From Trichoplax sp. H2 (lineage: Eukaryota), in NCBI GenBank assembly GCA_003344405.1, contig NOWV01000208.1, positions 1-64,000 on the forward strand: a stretch of 64,000 nucleotides of DNA, in the 5' to 3' direction. This document shows positions 1 through 12,675 of this stretch, piece after piece. Numbering within the stretch: the first letter of the stretch is position 1; the number at the start of each line of letters is the position of its first letter. Made by a program: the position numbers and the translations under genes. The notes under the pieces are model-generated. The model was not told where the DNA came from and did not search any database. It worked only from the letters and a program-made list of their open reading frames with translations.

Positions 1-445
1 TACTGTACTCAGGGGTGACAATTGGGTACAAACCCATTTGAAAGGATGTACTGTAGCGAGTTTGGTTTGTACTGTACTCTACTGTACTCAGGGGTGACAA
101 TTGGGTACAAACCCATTTGAAAGGATGTTCTGTAGCGAGTTTGGTTTGTACTGTACTCTACTGTACTCAACTCTACTCTACTCTACTCAGGGGGTGACAA
201 TTGTGGGTTTGTACAGTACAAACCCATTTGAAAGGATGTACTGTACTGTAGCGAGTTTGGTTTGTACTGTACTCTATTGTACTGTACTCAGGGGGTGACA
301 ATTGGGTTTGTACAGTACAAACCCATTTGAAAGGATGTACTGTAGCGAGTTTGGTTTGTACTGTACTCAGGGGGTGACAATTGGGTTTGTACAAACCCAA
401 TTGAAAGTATGTACTGTAGCGAGATTGGTTTGTACTGTACTCGAC
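1..445. repeat. Tandem array, about 5 units of about 80-100 bp
   Basis: Core ACTCAGGGGGTGACAATTGGG(TTTG)TACAAACCCATTTGAAAGGATGTACTGTAGCGAGTTTGGTTTG recurs five times; units differ mainly by inserted CTGTA/CAGTA/CTCTA pentamers. Confidence 0.92.
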
Positions 446-995
446 TCTACTGTACTGTACTGTACACTGTACTGTACAGTGTACAGCGTGTTATTATGGC
501 TAGGCCTACTGTACTGTACAGTAGGCCTAGCCATCATAACCCCGATTACTCAGATACTGTACTCAGCGTCAATAGCTTAAACGATGATACATTATTCTAA
601 GAGTCTGTACCTCCAATTTTTTAAACTGTGTTTGAGCATCATCATTGATTTCAATTTACAACAAGCATTGGGTTGCATAGAATGAGCTGCTTGCTTGATT
701 TTGTACCGTGTTGTTTACGGCATTGGTGCTAGCCTAGAGTAGCATGACCAGGAAAATAGTCATTCCTCATGGTTATTTTACACTTTTTCTATAGTAATCC
801 CAGACAGAAGCCAACTTTTCTCAGGTCTAGTTACATCATGGATGAGTTGGACCGTTGTTTGTTTTGGTGTGTGGGCTGATTGCCTTGAGGTCATTCCTCA
901 GAGCCATTTTGTATGTGGATTTACAAGAGACTCCACATTGATTTTTGCGCTCTAAAAAATCAAGAAGAGACGGGACAGCAAAAGAACTCACTGTA

Positions 996-2030
996 CAGCA
1001 GAGACCCTTATTACAGAGAGACATGGCAATCTAATTATTGGTACTGTACAGTACAAGTAGTGTATGCTGTACAGTATTATTTACTATACTGTACACTGTA
1101 CAGCAGAGACCCTAAACAGAGAGACATGAGTCATACTGTACTGTACAGTACTGTACTGTACAGTACTGTACTGTACTGTACAGTGTACAGTATGACAATG
1201 TAATTATTAGTACAGTACAGTACAAATATACTGTATTATGTACACTTGTACAGTACACTGTACTGTACAGCAGAGACATGACAATCTAATTATTAGTACT
1301 GTACAGTGTACCGTACAGTATGCTGTACAGTATTATGTACTATACTGTACACTGTAAAGCAGAGACCCTAAACAGAGAGACATGAGTCATACTGTACTGT
1401 ACTGTACTGTACAGTACAGTATGACAATGTAATTATTAGTACAGTACTGTACACTGTACAGTACACTGTACAGCAGAGACATGACAATCTAATTATTAGT
1501 ACTGTACAGTACAGTACCGTACAGTATGCTGTACAGTATTATGTACTATACTGTACACTGTACAGCAGAGACCCTAAACAGAGAGACATGAGTCATACTG
1601 TACTGTACTGTACAGTATGACAATGTAATTATTAGTACAGTACAGTACTGTACAGTACAAATATACTGTATTATGTACAGTACAGTACACTGTACAGCAG
1701 AGACATGACAATCTAATTATTAGTACTGTACACTGTACAGTACCGTACAGTATTATGTACTATACTGTGCACTGTACACTGTACAGCAGAGACCCTAAAC
1801 AGAGAGACATGAGTCATACAGTACTGTACTGTACTGTATGACAATGTAATTATTAGTACTGTACAGTGTACAGTACAGTACAAATATACTGTATACTGTA
1901 CTGTACACTCAGTGTACAGTACAGTACAAGTATACAGTATTATGTACTGTACAGTGTACACTGTACAGTACAGCACAGACCCTAACAGAGAGACATGACA
2001 ATTTAATTATTAGTTCAGTACTGTATAGTG
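996..2030. repeat. Second tandem array with dimeric higher-order structure
   Basis: CAGCAGAGAC or a one-base variant recurs at about 996, 1101, 1268, 1357, 1471, 1563, 1695, 1784 and 1971. From 1101 two subunit types alternate (…CCCTAAACAGAGAGACATGAGTCATA…TATGACAATGTAATTATTAG and …ATGACAATCTAATTATTAG), padded with variable TACAG/TACTG runs. Confidence 0.9.
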
Positions 2031-4577
2031 CTGTACTGTAGACGTCGAGCGATTGGACGTTCGGTATGTACTGTACGTTCGTTGTCAGATCGGACGTCGA
2101 CGAACTGTACTGTACAGTGTACAGTGTACAGTACAGTGTATACAGTCAGTTTGTACAGTATAATCCCACCCCAATACTATACATACTGTACAGTACTGTA
2201 CAGTAGTACAAACGTCTTTTACAACACTTTGTATTTCAGAGTCATGACTACAGTATACTGTACTGTACGCTGTTACGTACTACTGTATGTACAGTGTACT
2301 GTACGTTGGTACGTTCAAATTGGACGTTCGTACTATACTGTACAGTACGTTCGTTCATTAAAACTGGCTAACGTCCACAGTACTAGTACTGTATACTGTA
2401 TACTGTACTACATGGCTCGATTGTACTAGTAAATTCACTGTTCTACAAACTCAAAATTGGTATCCGTTATTCAAAGTGTGAACGGCGTAGAAGCTTTGCG
2501 CTTTTCAATGCAGGCAATAAAGAGAAAATAGGAGTTAGTAGCTCATTTTACTCTAACTTCAACTACGTGTACAATCTCTTGTTTTCCACGCTGATTGAGA
2601 GCATTACCAAACTTTGATGCGCTTGTTAGTGTTAACTGGAGATAGTAATACACAACACTGTCGAGAAGAGAGCCTTTTACACAGTGACATGACAATCTTT
2701 TTTTTTCAAAATGGAAGAGTCTCTTGTCTACAGCACACCGTACAGTAGGCACACCTGGGACTGATGTCAACGACGGTACACTGCATGAAAAAGGAAAGTC
2801 AAAAATAAAAAGAGATCCAAATAATTCCAGTGTCCTGTACTGTATATGCTTGCTTTTTAGGTTAAGCCAATCCCCATTTTAGTCTTGAAAGCGATCATCA
2901 GCTGTCGTAGTATTCGTCCATGATGGATTGAAACCAGTGCTTTCTTTCTTTTCCTACTGTACCTACTGTTATATCTCCATTCCGGCAGCGACGAGCACGT
3001 AGGTAGTATACAGTCGCCAACATGATCTTTAGCCTATTTCATCGTCATCGGATTCATGCTTTGCCATACGATTAGTAATAAAGTGTCCAAAACAGGAAAT
3101 TCCTGCTACAGCAATTCATACTGTTGCAAAATCCAAGACAACTTAGGGTGTGGCTTGGGATGGAATTCCGAGATTGCCAAGACTCTGCTGGTCAAAATTG
3201 TTGACCACTGACTGCATTTGTCTACTGTTGTGTAGACGATTCCCTGCTAGATTGTACTACTGCTACCTGTTCCTTTTACAATACCTTGAACAAGAATCAT
3301 GGCCGACGGTCCTTCCGCACTACTATACAATCAGGTTTGATATTGTAGTCTGATTAAGATGAATTGATCGTTTGAACATCAATCGATTGGTATAATCCTG
3401 CATAGAGATCATCCTGTCAATGAATAGACTACTGGATAATGCTAGTCAACATGAATGTTTGTTACGTATGAATGAGTACCGTGATGATCGAGGATAGAAA
3501 TGGATATTATCGTTGATAGTTGCTTCATGACTGATCCATGGATGAGATTGTCTAAATGACCTAATGATTGGCTGTAGTCAGTTGAAAATGGTATTTTGTA
3601 GTCCATAAACATGTTGATTCAACAGTTGATGAGATACGAAAGAGAAGGAGAACATGGACATCCACCCAGTTGATTTTAGTCTGAGGGTGGTGTACCATTT
3701 GCTTTGATACTGCAGTCAACTAGTCGATCTCTTCAAACATGGAGTCGAGTGGACTCTACACTATACAGTCAATATCAACAACCATCCACGGTGTAGTAGC
3801 CAATTGAATCGTGGTTTACCCAATCGGCAATAAAGATTTTTCACTGCTATCAATCAATTCCACAGCCATCTGCAATCCTTCCTCTTCATGTGATGCCTTA
3901 ATTAAGCTATTGCAATGATACAGTATTGTAGACTCCGCTTCAATATCGCCAATCCAACTGGATCTTTCACACTACTCGTATCACCATGACAGGCTTAACG
4001 GCGATGCCATGACACAGTTGGATCAATATTGGATGCTATCATAACGCAAGTAACTCTATCTGTAGACACCGCCACCTACTGGATTTATTTTTTACCAGCT
4101 GTAGAACGTATTGTAGCTTACGATAGCTTCAACTCGTAATTCTGTACCGAACTGAAAGCTTTTGCAGCAATGTTTATGTAAGCAGGACTTTCATAGTTAG
4201 ATAGTGATGTTGTCGTGCTGTAGAATTGCTATTTTTGCATGATCATAGCCTGCTGTCGAACAAGGGTTGCAACGGCTACAATGGTATGTTATATACGATA
4301 TCGTAGATAATGGAGTAGGTTCGAATTTTTCCAATATCGGAAGAACCATCATGGTTATACAGATTAATTGATTGACTTTCTACAGTACAGTACTGCCTCA
4401 TAAATCTGATGCTGCCTGTGCCTTTTAACTTGGAATTCATGCAGTACTTGGATGTTCTACGTGTAGATAGTTTTTATTTCATTCTATCCATGTTATGGAA
4501 TTCGTTGTTATCAGTCATTTCGCCACGGTGTAGTAGAGTATTAATAATTCTTGTAATGAATGCATAAATTACTGCAG

Positions 4578-7186
4578 TTACAGAATCTCTTGCAACATCC
4601 GACTGTACATTGCAAAGACGTGGAAGGCACTATTGCCAGATTACTGATGATAGCTAAGGATGGGACTGAGAAATTTCAGGTTGGTATGGCATTAATGAAT
4701 CCTTTCGCATTAGCTACCTATCGTTAAGGATGTAATCTTAGAGATATTGAAGTGGATAATCGTATATCTTAAGAAATCGATTATAACACAATAGTCTTGA
4801 ATGGAATAAAATCGATTGTGTACCGTAATGACAGAATAAAGTTACAATCTCAGATGACTAGGTTTTTACTGAAATGTTGATACTGTGAATAACTCACTAC
4901 TTACCTATTATAATTATCCATTCAATTTATTTTGAAACTTTGGCTGATTCTCAATAATTAATTAACGTTATCATAAATATTTTAGTTTTTAACAGATTAC
5001 GATAGGACTTTAACATACCGTATGTACAATGGCAAATCCGCTTCCACAAGCTTTGGTAATGTCATGGGCATTTTGATGTTGCTTCGTGTACAGAATAATT
5101 TATATAGCTATACCTTCAAAAGTACAAGTGTACAAAGAGCGATGATATTAATATAAAGTCTATACATTTAGATCATGTATTCATTGGTTATAATTGCAGC
5201 GGATATGTGAAAATTTTGCTAACGTACAGCAATTGAATTTGGATTTACTGTATTCTATAAATAATTATCTTAACATATTCTATATTGCAATGTCAAAGTC
5301 GATATTGTCATTGAAAAACGATCAATTATTTTCAAATATGGTATTGAAGTGTTTTTCTTAATGTAAAATTGGAAGTTACTAACTCGAACTCGGTTTATTT
5401 TATGTAGGCGTTCTTGATAGTAATCCGCTCATTGACAAGAGAATAAGAGACGCGGTTAGACTAATCTTACCATGTTGCAACATTACATAGGTCCAGATTG
5501 TGTCAATTGCCTTACGCTTTCATGGAAGGATTCAATCAATACTCTATATAAACATTAATTACTTATAGATTTCAATCCTCTTACATATGGATTAAATGTA
5601 CAAAATTAATAACACACTTTATGTCAAGTATAGACTACAGGGATCATATTTCTTATGTATTTCTTTACTAATCATTTTCTATTGCTCTTTAGGCCGAATC
5701 ACTGAGAGATTATTACTATGCCATTGAAATTTCAGAGTAAAATTATTTTCATATTTACAAATTTATTTCGTATCATTAAAACCAGTTGTAACGCTACCAT
5801 TTTCACACTGGACAGCAATTTTGTATTTTATGTTTTAGTAAATACACATTTGAAGAGAAAATAGCCCATATGGAAATATGGTTAGCATTATGGATTGCAA
5901 ACGTTTACAGCAAACTGTATTCCTGCTCGTTTTCTAATTTAATTACTTTCACGCTGTATCGCTGGTTTTTGGTGATGATTTATAATTAATTAGAGTAAAA
6001 TATGATTTTACATCTTTAGGTGGAAAGAGGGAGAGAAGTTGATGGTTAGCGCAAATATTCATAGAGATGATTTGAGCAAGCTTTTGAAAGCGTCTAGTAT
6101 ACGTTTACGGTAATGTAACTAAAAATCTATAAGTCATGTTCATTTAATGTTATCTTCTAAACGAATGTTAATTTTATGCATTCTTTTTACTATTTTCAAT
6201 GTTATTTACACTACAGAGATGGAATGGATGAACTGATGGACGTCCTGGAACGGCATAATATCCCTGTGCTAATATTATCAGCTGGCATAGGGGGTGAGGC
6301 TTGGATTACCTCTTAGACGCGGAATTAGTAGCTAATTTCACGCTTTCTATAAAAATAACTCTTATCTTTTTTCGCATCGAATTCATTCATTCCGTTGAAT
6401 AAAGTACATACAGTGGCATTTAGGTAGCTGCTAACCATTTCTCTTTATTGTAACATTTAAATATGCGTAACGAGTTAGATGTTATCCGAGAAGGGTTTCA
6501 TCAGCAATCGACATTCCATGACAATATTGAAATATTGTCAAATGTGATGATCTATAATGACGATGTAAGTTTAGCACGTTTCGTCTTCTAAATTTGATGG
6601 TGATTACATGCGATTTATTACGAGCCAATTTTTATTGTATAGGGATATTTTATCGGTTTCCAGGAAGACGTTATTCATTCATTTAATAAAACTAGAGCTT
6701 CGGAGCATAATTCATCTTATTTTATAAAGAATAAAGTAATGAAAATCATCATACTTGGTAGAATCCTACCATGATAGAATGTTAACTCCTTTTACTTTCT
6801 GTAATCGTATACAGGAACGTGACAATTTGATATTGATGGGCGATACGGAAGGTGATTTACATATGGCTGATGGTATTGATTACTTACGAAATAAAGTTTC
6901 TATTGGCTTCCTAAATGTAAAGGTAAATGTATAAATTGATTTGAAACCTTAGATTTTACATAATGCATTTGGCTAACATAGCGTTTACAATATGTATTAA
7001 TGACACTTGCATGCCAATATTTAATAGCATTCTAAACTCAAAAATATGCATATTGCTTAGGTGAACGAACTGCTAGATTCGTATATGGCACAATATGATA
7101 TCGTTATTGCTGGGGATGAAAGCATGCATTTTGTTACTAGACTTCTAAAGACTGTGTTTGACAATGTGAGCGTTGCTGTTAGCTAG
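4578..7186 (+). CDS. NT5C3: Cytosolic 5'-nucleotidase III (HAD family), multi-exon; N-terminal start exon uncertain
   Basis: Exons with GT-AG introns and consistent phases: 4578-4679, 4986-5055, 5408-5454, 5693-5736, 5839-5880, 6020-6109, 6217-6293, 6479-6564, 6643-6735, 6815-6922, 7061-7186 (TAG). The spliced translation has HAD motif I FLTDYDRTLT, YYAIE, EEKIAHMEIWW, IPVLILSAGIGDVI, IHSFNK, LMGDTEGDLHMADG, IGFLN and YDIVI. Candidate first exon 4239-4283 (ATG…ATG|gtatgt) is unconfirmed. Confidence 0.93.
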
Positions 7187-7989
7187 TTCCGATTGCATCA
7201 TAATGTATAAATATCTATATATTGCTCATGTAGAGCTTATTTTAGCCGTAGGCAAATATAAGTATTGGTCTTACAGTTGACCGCAGTTGTAAGTAGGCTT
7301 ATCCAGTTCTAGTGTATTTCAAGTTTTTATTGTTCACTTTGAATCTACTGGACTAGAAGTACAGTACACTGTATCGATATGATTAAATTGTAGATGTTTT
7401 TCCATCTATTCCTTCTCGAGTAAAGATTCTTTACTCTTGATGTTAATGCATCTGCATCGCTTGGTGTATCTTAATTACATAAATACAAAATATGTTGCAT
7501 GAAAGCTGCTAACTATTCCATGAGTGATTTATATTGTTTTCAATGAAGATATTCAATAATTGCATTATTTCTAAGTTTTGACGTTATACACTGCCTAAAA
7601 TAAAATCCATTCATTTGGTTATTCCAAGTCTCTTTGTTTGTAACAGCAAGGATAAAGTTTACTTCGGTATACCTTGGCTATATTATCAGTTCAAGATTAC
7701 TATAGAAAGATTTTATTTAAAATTTAACATCAATGTCACATTAGCTTGCGGCTTTATGTATCAGCAGCAACGGTAGTAGTCTCTATGCCTCTACTGCACT
7801 GCACAGTATGGCCCATGATATACGGTACACTGTACTATATTCGGCATCAACATTCCTTAAAACTTCTGGCTTTTATACCCTTAACGGCGGATTATGCCGT
7901 AACGTATCTGCAAAATCTGCACTAAACTTTCATAAAACTTAAAAGTCCTTACAATTCAACATATCTATTCTATGCCATAGGAAGATACT

Positions 7990-8455
7990 TGTCACAAAAC
8001 ATCGGTATTTGTAACTAGGGTTAAACCTTAGAGTACAGGGTAGAGAAGAAATTGAACGACCACGTTTGTTTAAACCTAAAAAAACATAGACAATAGTCAG
8101 AGGGAAGAGTAGGGAAATAATCACCACGAGGTCAAGATATACGCTCATTTATATAGCATTCTCCTTCCCTGTTGACAAGTAAACAAGTTTAGCGTAAATA
8201 AATTAAGGTACCTACAGATTACTATGAGAAACAAAGTTAATAACTTAATACGATCATTTCATAATAAAGCTTATAATCTAACTTGTGGAAGGCCTTACAA
8301 ATAACAACAATTATTGTAAAAACATACTCTAATATCACACTAACAATCAACATTGTTGTATACCATAACAGGTAAACCTACAATAATAACAATATATAAT
8401 ATATGACCGAAAAAGTGATCATATCTTAAATATAGCAATAGTAGAAAATGCGGCA
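7990..8455 (-). mobile_element. Solo LTR
   Basis: TGTCACA…TGCGGCA ends (right end is two transitions from TGTGACA); TSD ATACT at 7985-7989 and 8456-8460; minus-strand TATATAAA near 8150. Confidence 0.65.
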
Positions 8456-8634
8456 ATACTATATTAATCTTACAATTTTCGATATGTCAGTACAAACTGT
8501 GGTATAAGTCTATTTGTGCAGACTATCAAAAGGTGCACTGTAGTAACAACGAAATGATCTATTTATATTGCATGCTACAGTAGTGCAGCCAATGCTAATT
8601 CCTGCTAGCGATGCGTTTCATAATACTGCCATTA

Positions 8635-9133
8635 TGTAGTGCACGGGTTAGTAGCCCTAGGTTCGTGATTCGACAAATCAAAACTCTGAGTTGCTAAAAT
8701 CAAGCAAATCCCTAATGTGACACAAAATAGTTCACATCGTATAAATTGACTTACAAAAACAGTTAAGTTTATTAACGTCCCATGTCGTCCGTTGGAGAGG
8801 ATTTCCAATTTCTTCCCCTCACAATAACAATCGAAAATGGCTGAGATAGACCGGATAATCGACTTAGCCTTCACGATAACAATTCTATACAACTTATGCA
8901 AATTATCATCAATTGCTCCTATACATAGAAGTCATCAATCACATTAGTACATTGCTTAATATCATTACTCAGTGTGGCTACGAGCTACGGCCTTATATAG
9001 CACATACTAAATGTTTGCCGTTTCATCATAGTAGACTTATCAACACTTACCTTATTAAGATATACAGTTCTACACTACATACTATCACTGTATTGCCGAC
9101 ACAAAACTATTGTAATTAGCTAAAATCTCTACA
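8635..9133 (-). mobile_element. Solo LTR, family R
   Basis: TGTAG…CTACA ends; TSD CATTA at 8630-8634 and 9134-9138; homologous to sequence at 45759, 51169, 54851 and about 59690. Confidence 0.85.
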
Positions 9134-9739
9134 CATTATGATACTATAAATCGGGAATAAGAGGCATGCATATTTCGTATTTAGCAAATACTGTCATCCA
9201 TAGTTAATATAATTCCTTTGATAGAATCGATATTACTATTAACTACCTACGGTATGGCTGATATTAAACGACACTTTACTGGAATAGCTAATAAGGTTCA
9301 TCTTTATCATTGATTAGTAATGATTATACACGAGTAACAACTTACGAAATAAATATTACCGAATAAATTTTTACTTCAACAACAAAATTAGTCTACTTCA
9401 ACCTCCTTAGTAATCCTCAAGGCTACCTTTAATAAAAAAACGGCTGGCTTTTATTTTCTCGACGGCAGATTGTACCGCCGAGTGTCTGTAGAATCTACAG
9501 TATACATTGGTGTCACAAAACAGCTTTCGTGATCGTTCCTAAACTAAACTATCTACTCATAAGGTTCGCCGACTAACTCCGGGAATTCTCGATAAAGGAA
9601 AACTAACTTATTCCTATACTATAGAAAACGAGTCCAACGATAGGTTTAGGTTATTAAATATTTTATTAATAACTATTACAACTTTGTACTCTAGCATACC
9701 GTAGCCTCAGAGGAACTGAGATTAAAACTTATTAATCAG

Positions 9740-10246
9740 TGTCACGGTAGTGAATCTACCGTGACAAATGATATCTTACTTAATTTAGACATGTATATGT
9801 ATCACGATAAGATAGTTATTAATTTGGATATGTGCATGAATTATTTTATGACTTAATATAGCCGATACAAGCCTGTTCCTAATACAGGTTAAATTGTACT
9901 AAATATAGTATATGAATTGCCAATGGTGAATTCAATATAAATCCTGTCAATAATAAGCTAGAGAAAACATAAGATTAATCTTTAGTAATATTACAAATTC
10001 ATTGGATAAGACTAGGAATAATTCAATGTATTCACGAAGTCTTATTAGTCGAAATATATCACACATCGTAAACCGGTTTTATGGCTAGAAAAGCTATTTA
10101 AATGATCGATTTTGAATATTAACTTTAACTTGTATTTTATAAAGTAAAGATATAGTTAGAAGATTCCGAAAGTGCATTTCTCAGTTATTGTTACTTATCT
10201 AGGGTAATCTAATTAGTTTAGATTAGGCAAGTTTAGTTAAGTAACA
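9740..10246 (+). mobile_element. Solo LTR B nested in LTR A
   Basis: TGTCAC…GTAACA ends; TSD ATCAG at 9735-9739 and 10247-10251. Orientation inferred from the TGTCACGGTA start shared with family K. Confidence 0.82.
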
Positions 10247-10257
10247 ATCAGGCTTAT

Positions 10258-10857
10258 TGTCACGGTTTAAGATATTATGTGATAATGTTATTGAAGAAGA
10301 AATAGACGGTTACGATTAGATAATCATAAATATTATGATCTGTTAATATTGTGAGATTCAATCGTTAATGGGCTTCCATTAACGAATGTGTAGAGGTAAG
10401 GTACTTAATATGCCAATGACGTGTAATAACCAAAATGGCGGTTGTCACACTTGTAGGGAATCTGTTAGATCTTAAATTGTTAATTGGCGCTATAATATTA
10501 TTAGCGCATAATAATATCAATTATCACATATTTGTTCGATAGTAATTAATAGGATTACAAAGTTATAGAAAGACTAAGTTATGTATAAGAATAATTAACA
10601 GGTGGAACAGGTGTAGATTTGATACAAGTATATAAGAGGTTGTAATTTACCTCGCTAGAGAGGAGGAAAATACGGAGACCTAATAAAGTTAGTTTAGTAA
10701 ATTTATCCAGACGCTTCTAGTCCGCCTTTACTGTTGACTGAGGTCCTTCGCTGAAGTGGAGCGAGTAGTGACGCCTGGTGGCAGTTTTACGGTAGGACAG
10801 AGGAGAATAGGATAAGTGTGGAACGGGAATCCGATTGTTGCAAACGACGTTGTGACA
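10258..10857 (+). mobile_element. Solo LTR C nested in LTR A
   Basis: TGTCAC…GTGACA ends; TSD CTTAT at 10253-10257 and 10858-10862; TATATAA near 10630 followed by AATAAA near 10682. Confidence 0.9.
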
Positions 10858-12513
10858 CTTATATTACAATTTCCTATGTCACACAAATACCCTAGTGCTA
10901 ATCTATCACATTAAATTATATAGTACGTATTACAGACTAACCATAGATTAGCAACTTTACTACTAGCCACTTATCACGGAGTATCAAGCTCCGTAACAAT
11001 TGGTAAACCTTGAAAGTCCTCACTAGGAATTGATTAAGATAGAAGTTAATGCAGTGTTCGTGCAGTCGTGCTTATGCTGTAGTTTAAGTCACAGTTATAA
11101 TCTACCAATCTTAGCGAAATGTCAGTACAAGCAGTGGTTTAAGTCTATTTTTACAACCATTAATAATAGTATCTCCCTACTCGTAACAGTGTAACACTAA
11201 TGTATAAAGGCTAAGTGTAGCAGTAGACAACTATAATGATGGTTTACATGGAATAACAGTATGTTAGTGGGTCGTAGCTAATGATGAAATGATGAAGTAA
11301 GGCATTCGTTCTTATATCAAGTACTGGACTGATAGCTTCTAAATTATGCCTAAAATGTGCTAGTCGTTAGTATAGACATAGCGAATTGAATAAACTATAG
11401 CGTTAGCTATCAAAACTTATGGCTGGTTACTTATACTTGAAGGTTAAGTGTTTTCACGCTGTAATGGAATCTAAGTCGGTTGATAACCGTAAGGTCATTA
11501 AAATACAAATCTAACGTAGTAGCAGAGAAGCAACTATTACAATCTATTAAGTATGCACTCCCATCAGATAAGCAGGATTTTCAATTTATGTAGCCCTCTA
11601 CAAGTTTAAAACACGAGTATCAAATCAAAATTTTAAATGCATCGTATTGACTGTCTTAAAAAGCTGCCAAAAGCTGGATTAAATTACAGAGCTATTCCAC
11701 GTCCACAAGATTTTAAACTTCACCAATATCGGGAATTTACTTCACTATTGCTGGAAGAACAGGTGCTAAGCTTGCCATTTTAAGCGTATGAGACAATATG
11801 CACAGTAATTTTTTTTACACCTGGGAGCACCCAATGGCAAGAAATTGACCAAAATTCGCATAGATCTTTGATACACAAAGCAAAGCTAATCTGACACAAA
11901 TTTTTCATGCAAATGAATTACTCAAGGTACGAACGCCGTGACAGAAAATTTCCTAGTTTCAGTATTAAAAATTTGAAATCTTTGAATAATAGAATTCTAT
12001 GTGTTAAAATTTTTCCTAAAGGATAGGGATACTTTATAAATTTAATGAATTCAGTTGTCAACCTGACTTGAAATTATTACTATTCTTTATAGCAATACTT
12101 TATTTCACAAGTCATAAAAAGTGAAATTTTACATTGCATTTTATTTAAATCTGGCAAAGAATATAGATTGTCTTTGCAATTTTATATACGTATTATCGAA
12201 TCTGTAATTTGACTTTAAGCGCATGAATTATTATCTAAATTCATAAGGCCCATTAACAGATGAGCTATTAAATAGTTTACAATTCAACTTATATTCCGAA
12301 TACCTAAGCCTTCAAGATACAACTCTCACATGTGTATAATATGGAAGGAAATTGTGATCCAATTTATTTACGAGAAAGAACAATGGGATAATTTTTATTA
12401 TCATGTTAAATTTTAAATAATATTGTAACAAAATTAATTTAATTCACCAACTAGTATTTATACACCTAAAAAACGACTTCTACCTTATCGTAGGGTTCTC
12501 GTTGGTAATTTTA

Positions 12514-12675
12514 CATCAGTTGTGATTCTATCAAAGCTTATTCATATTTCCTTTTCCGAATATTTTTGGTTTGATACATAGGTTACAGCCAAAACCCGAA
12601 GCCGGCCAATACGCGTTGGCCGTAATACATATATGATGATATAATCAAAGGCTAAACTTTAAATCACAACTGTTG
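12514..12675. mobile_element. Putative Tc1/mariner-type MITE
   Basis: TA|CATCAGTTGTGATT…AATCACAACTGTTG|TA: 14-bp TIR with one mismatch and TA flanks; internal hairpin CGGCCAA…TTGGCCG. Only one copy seen in the window. Confidence 0.55.

Larger units (their letters stand above)
9511..10998 (-). mobile_element. Solo LTR A (about 370 bp when the two nested LTRs are removed)
   Basis: TGTCAC…GTAACA ends; TSD ATTGG at 9506-9510 and 10999-11003. Confidence 0.8.

Noticed and set aside
1..450. Telomere or subtelomere
   Set aside because: No TTAGGG-type array visible; position on the chromosome is unknown.
1..2030. CRISPR-like reading of the arrays (constant anchors with variable intervening sequence)
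   Set aside because: The variable parts are low-complexity variants of each other, not unique spacers; eukaryotic context; no cas-like ORF.
101..2429. Cys/Thr/Val/Tyr-rich ORFs in the track
   Set aside because: Translations of the TACAG/TACTG repeats, mostly with non-ATG starts.
2430..4200. Slightly GC-richer DNA resembling decayed coding sequence
   Set aside because: The frames I tried contain frequent stops and no recognisable motif; needs a translated homology search.
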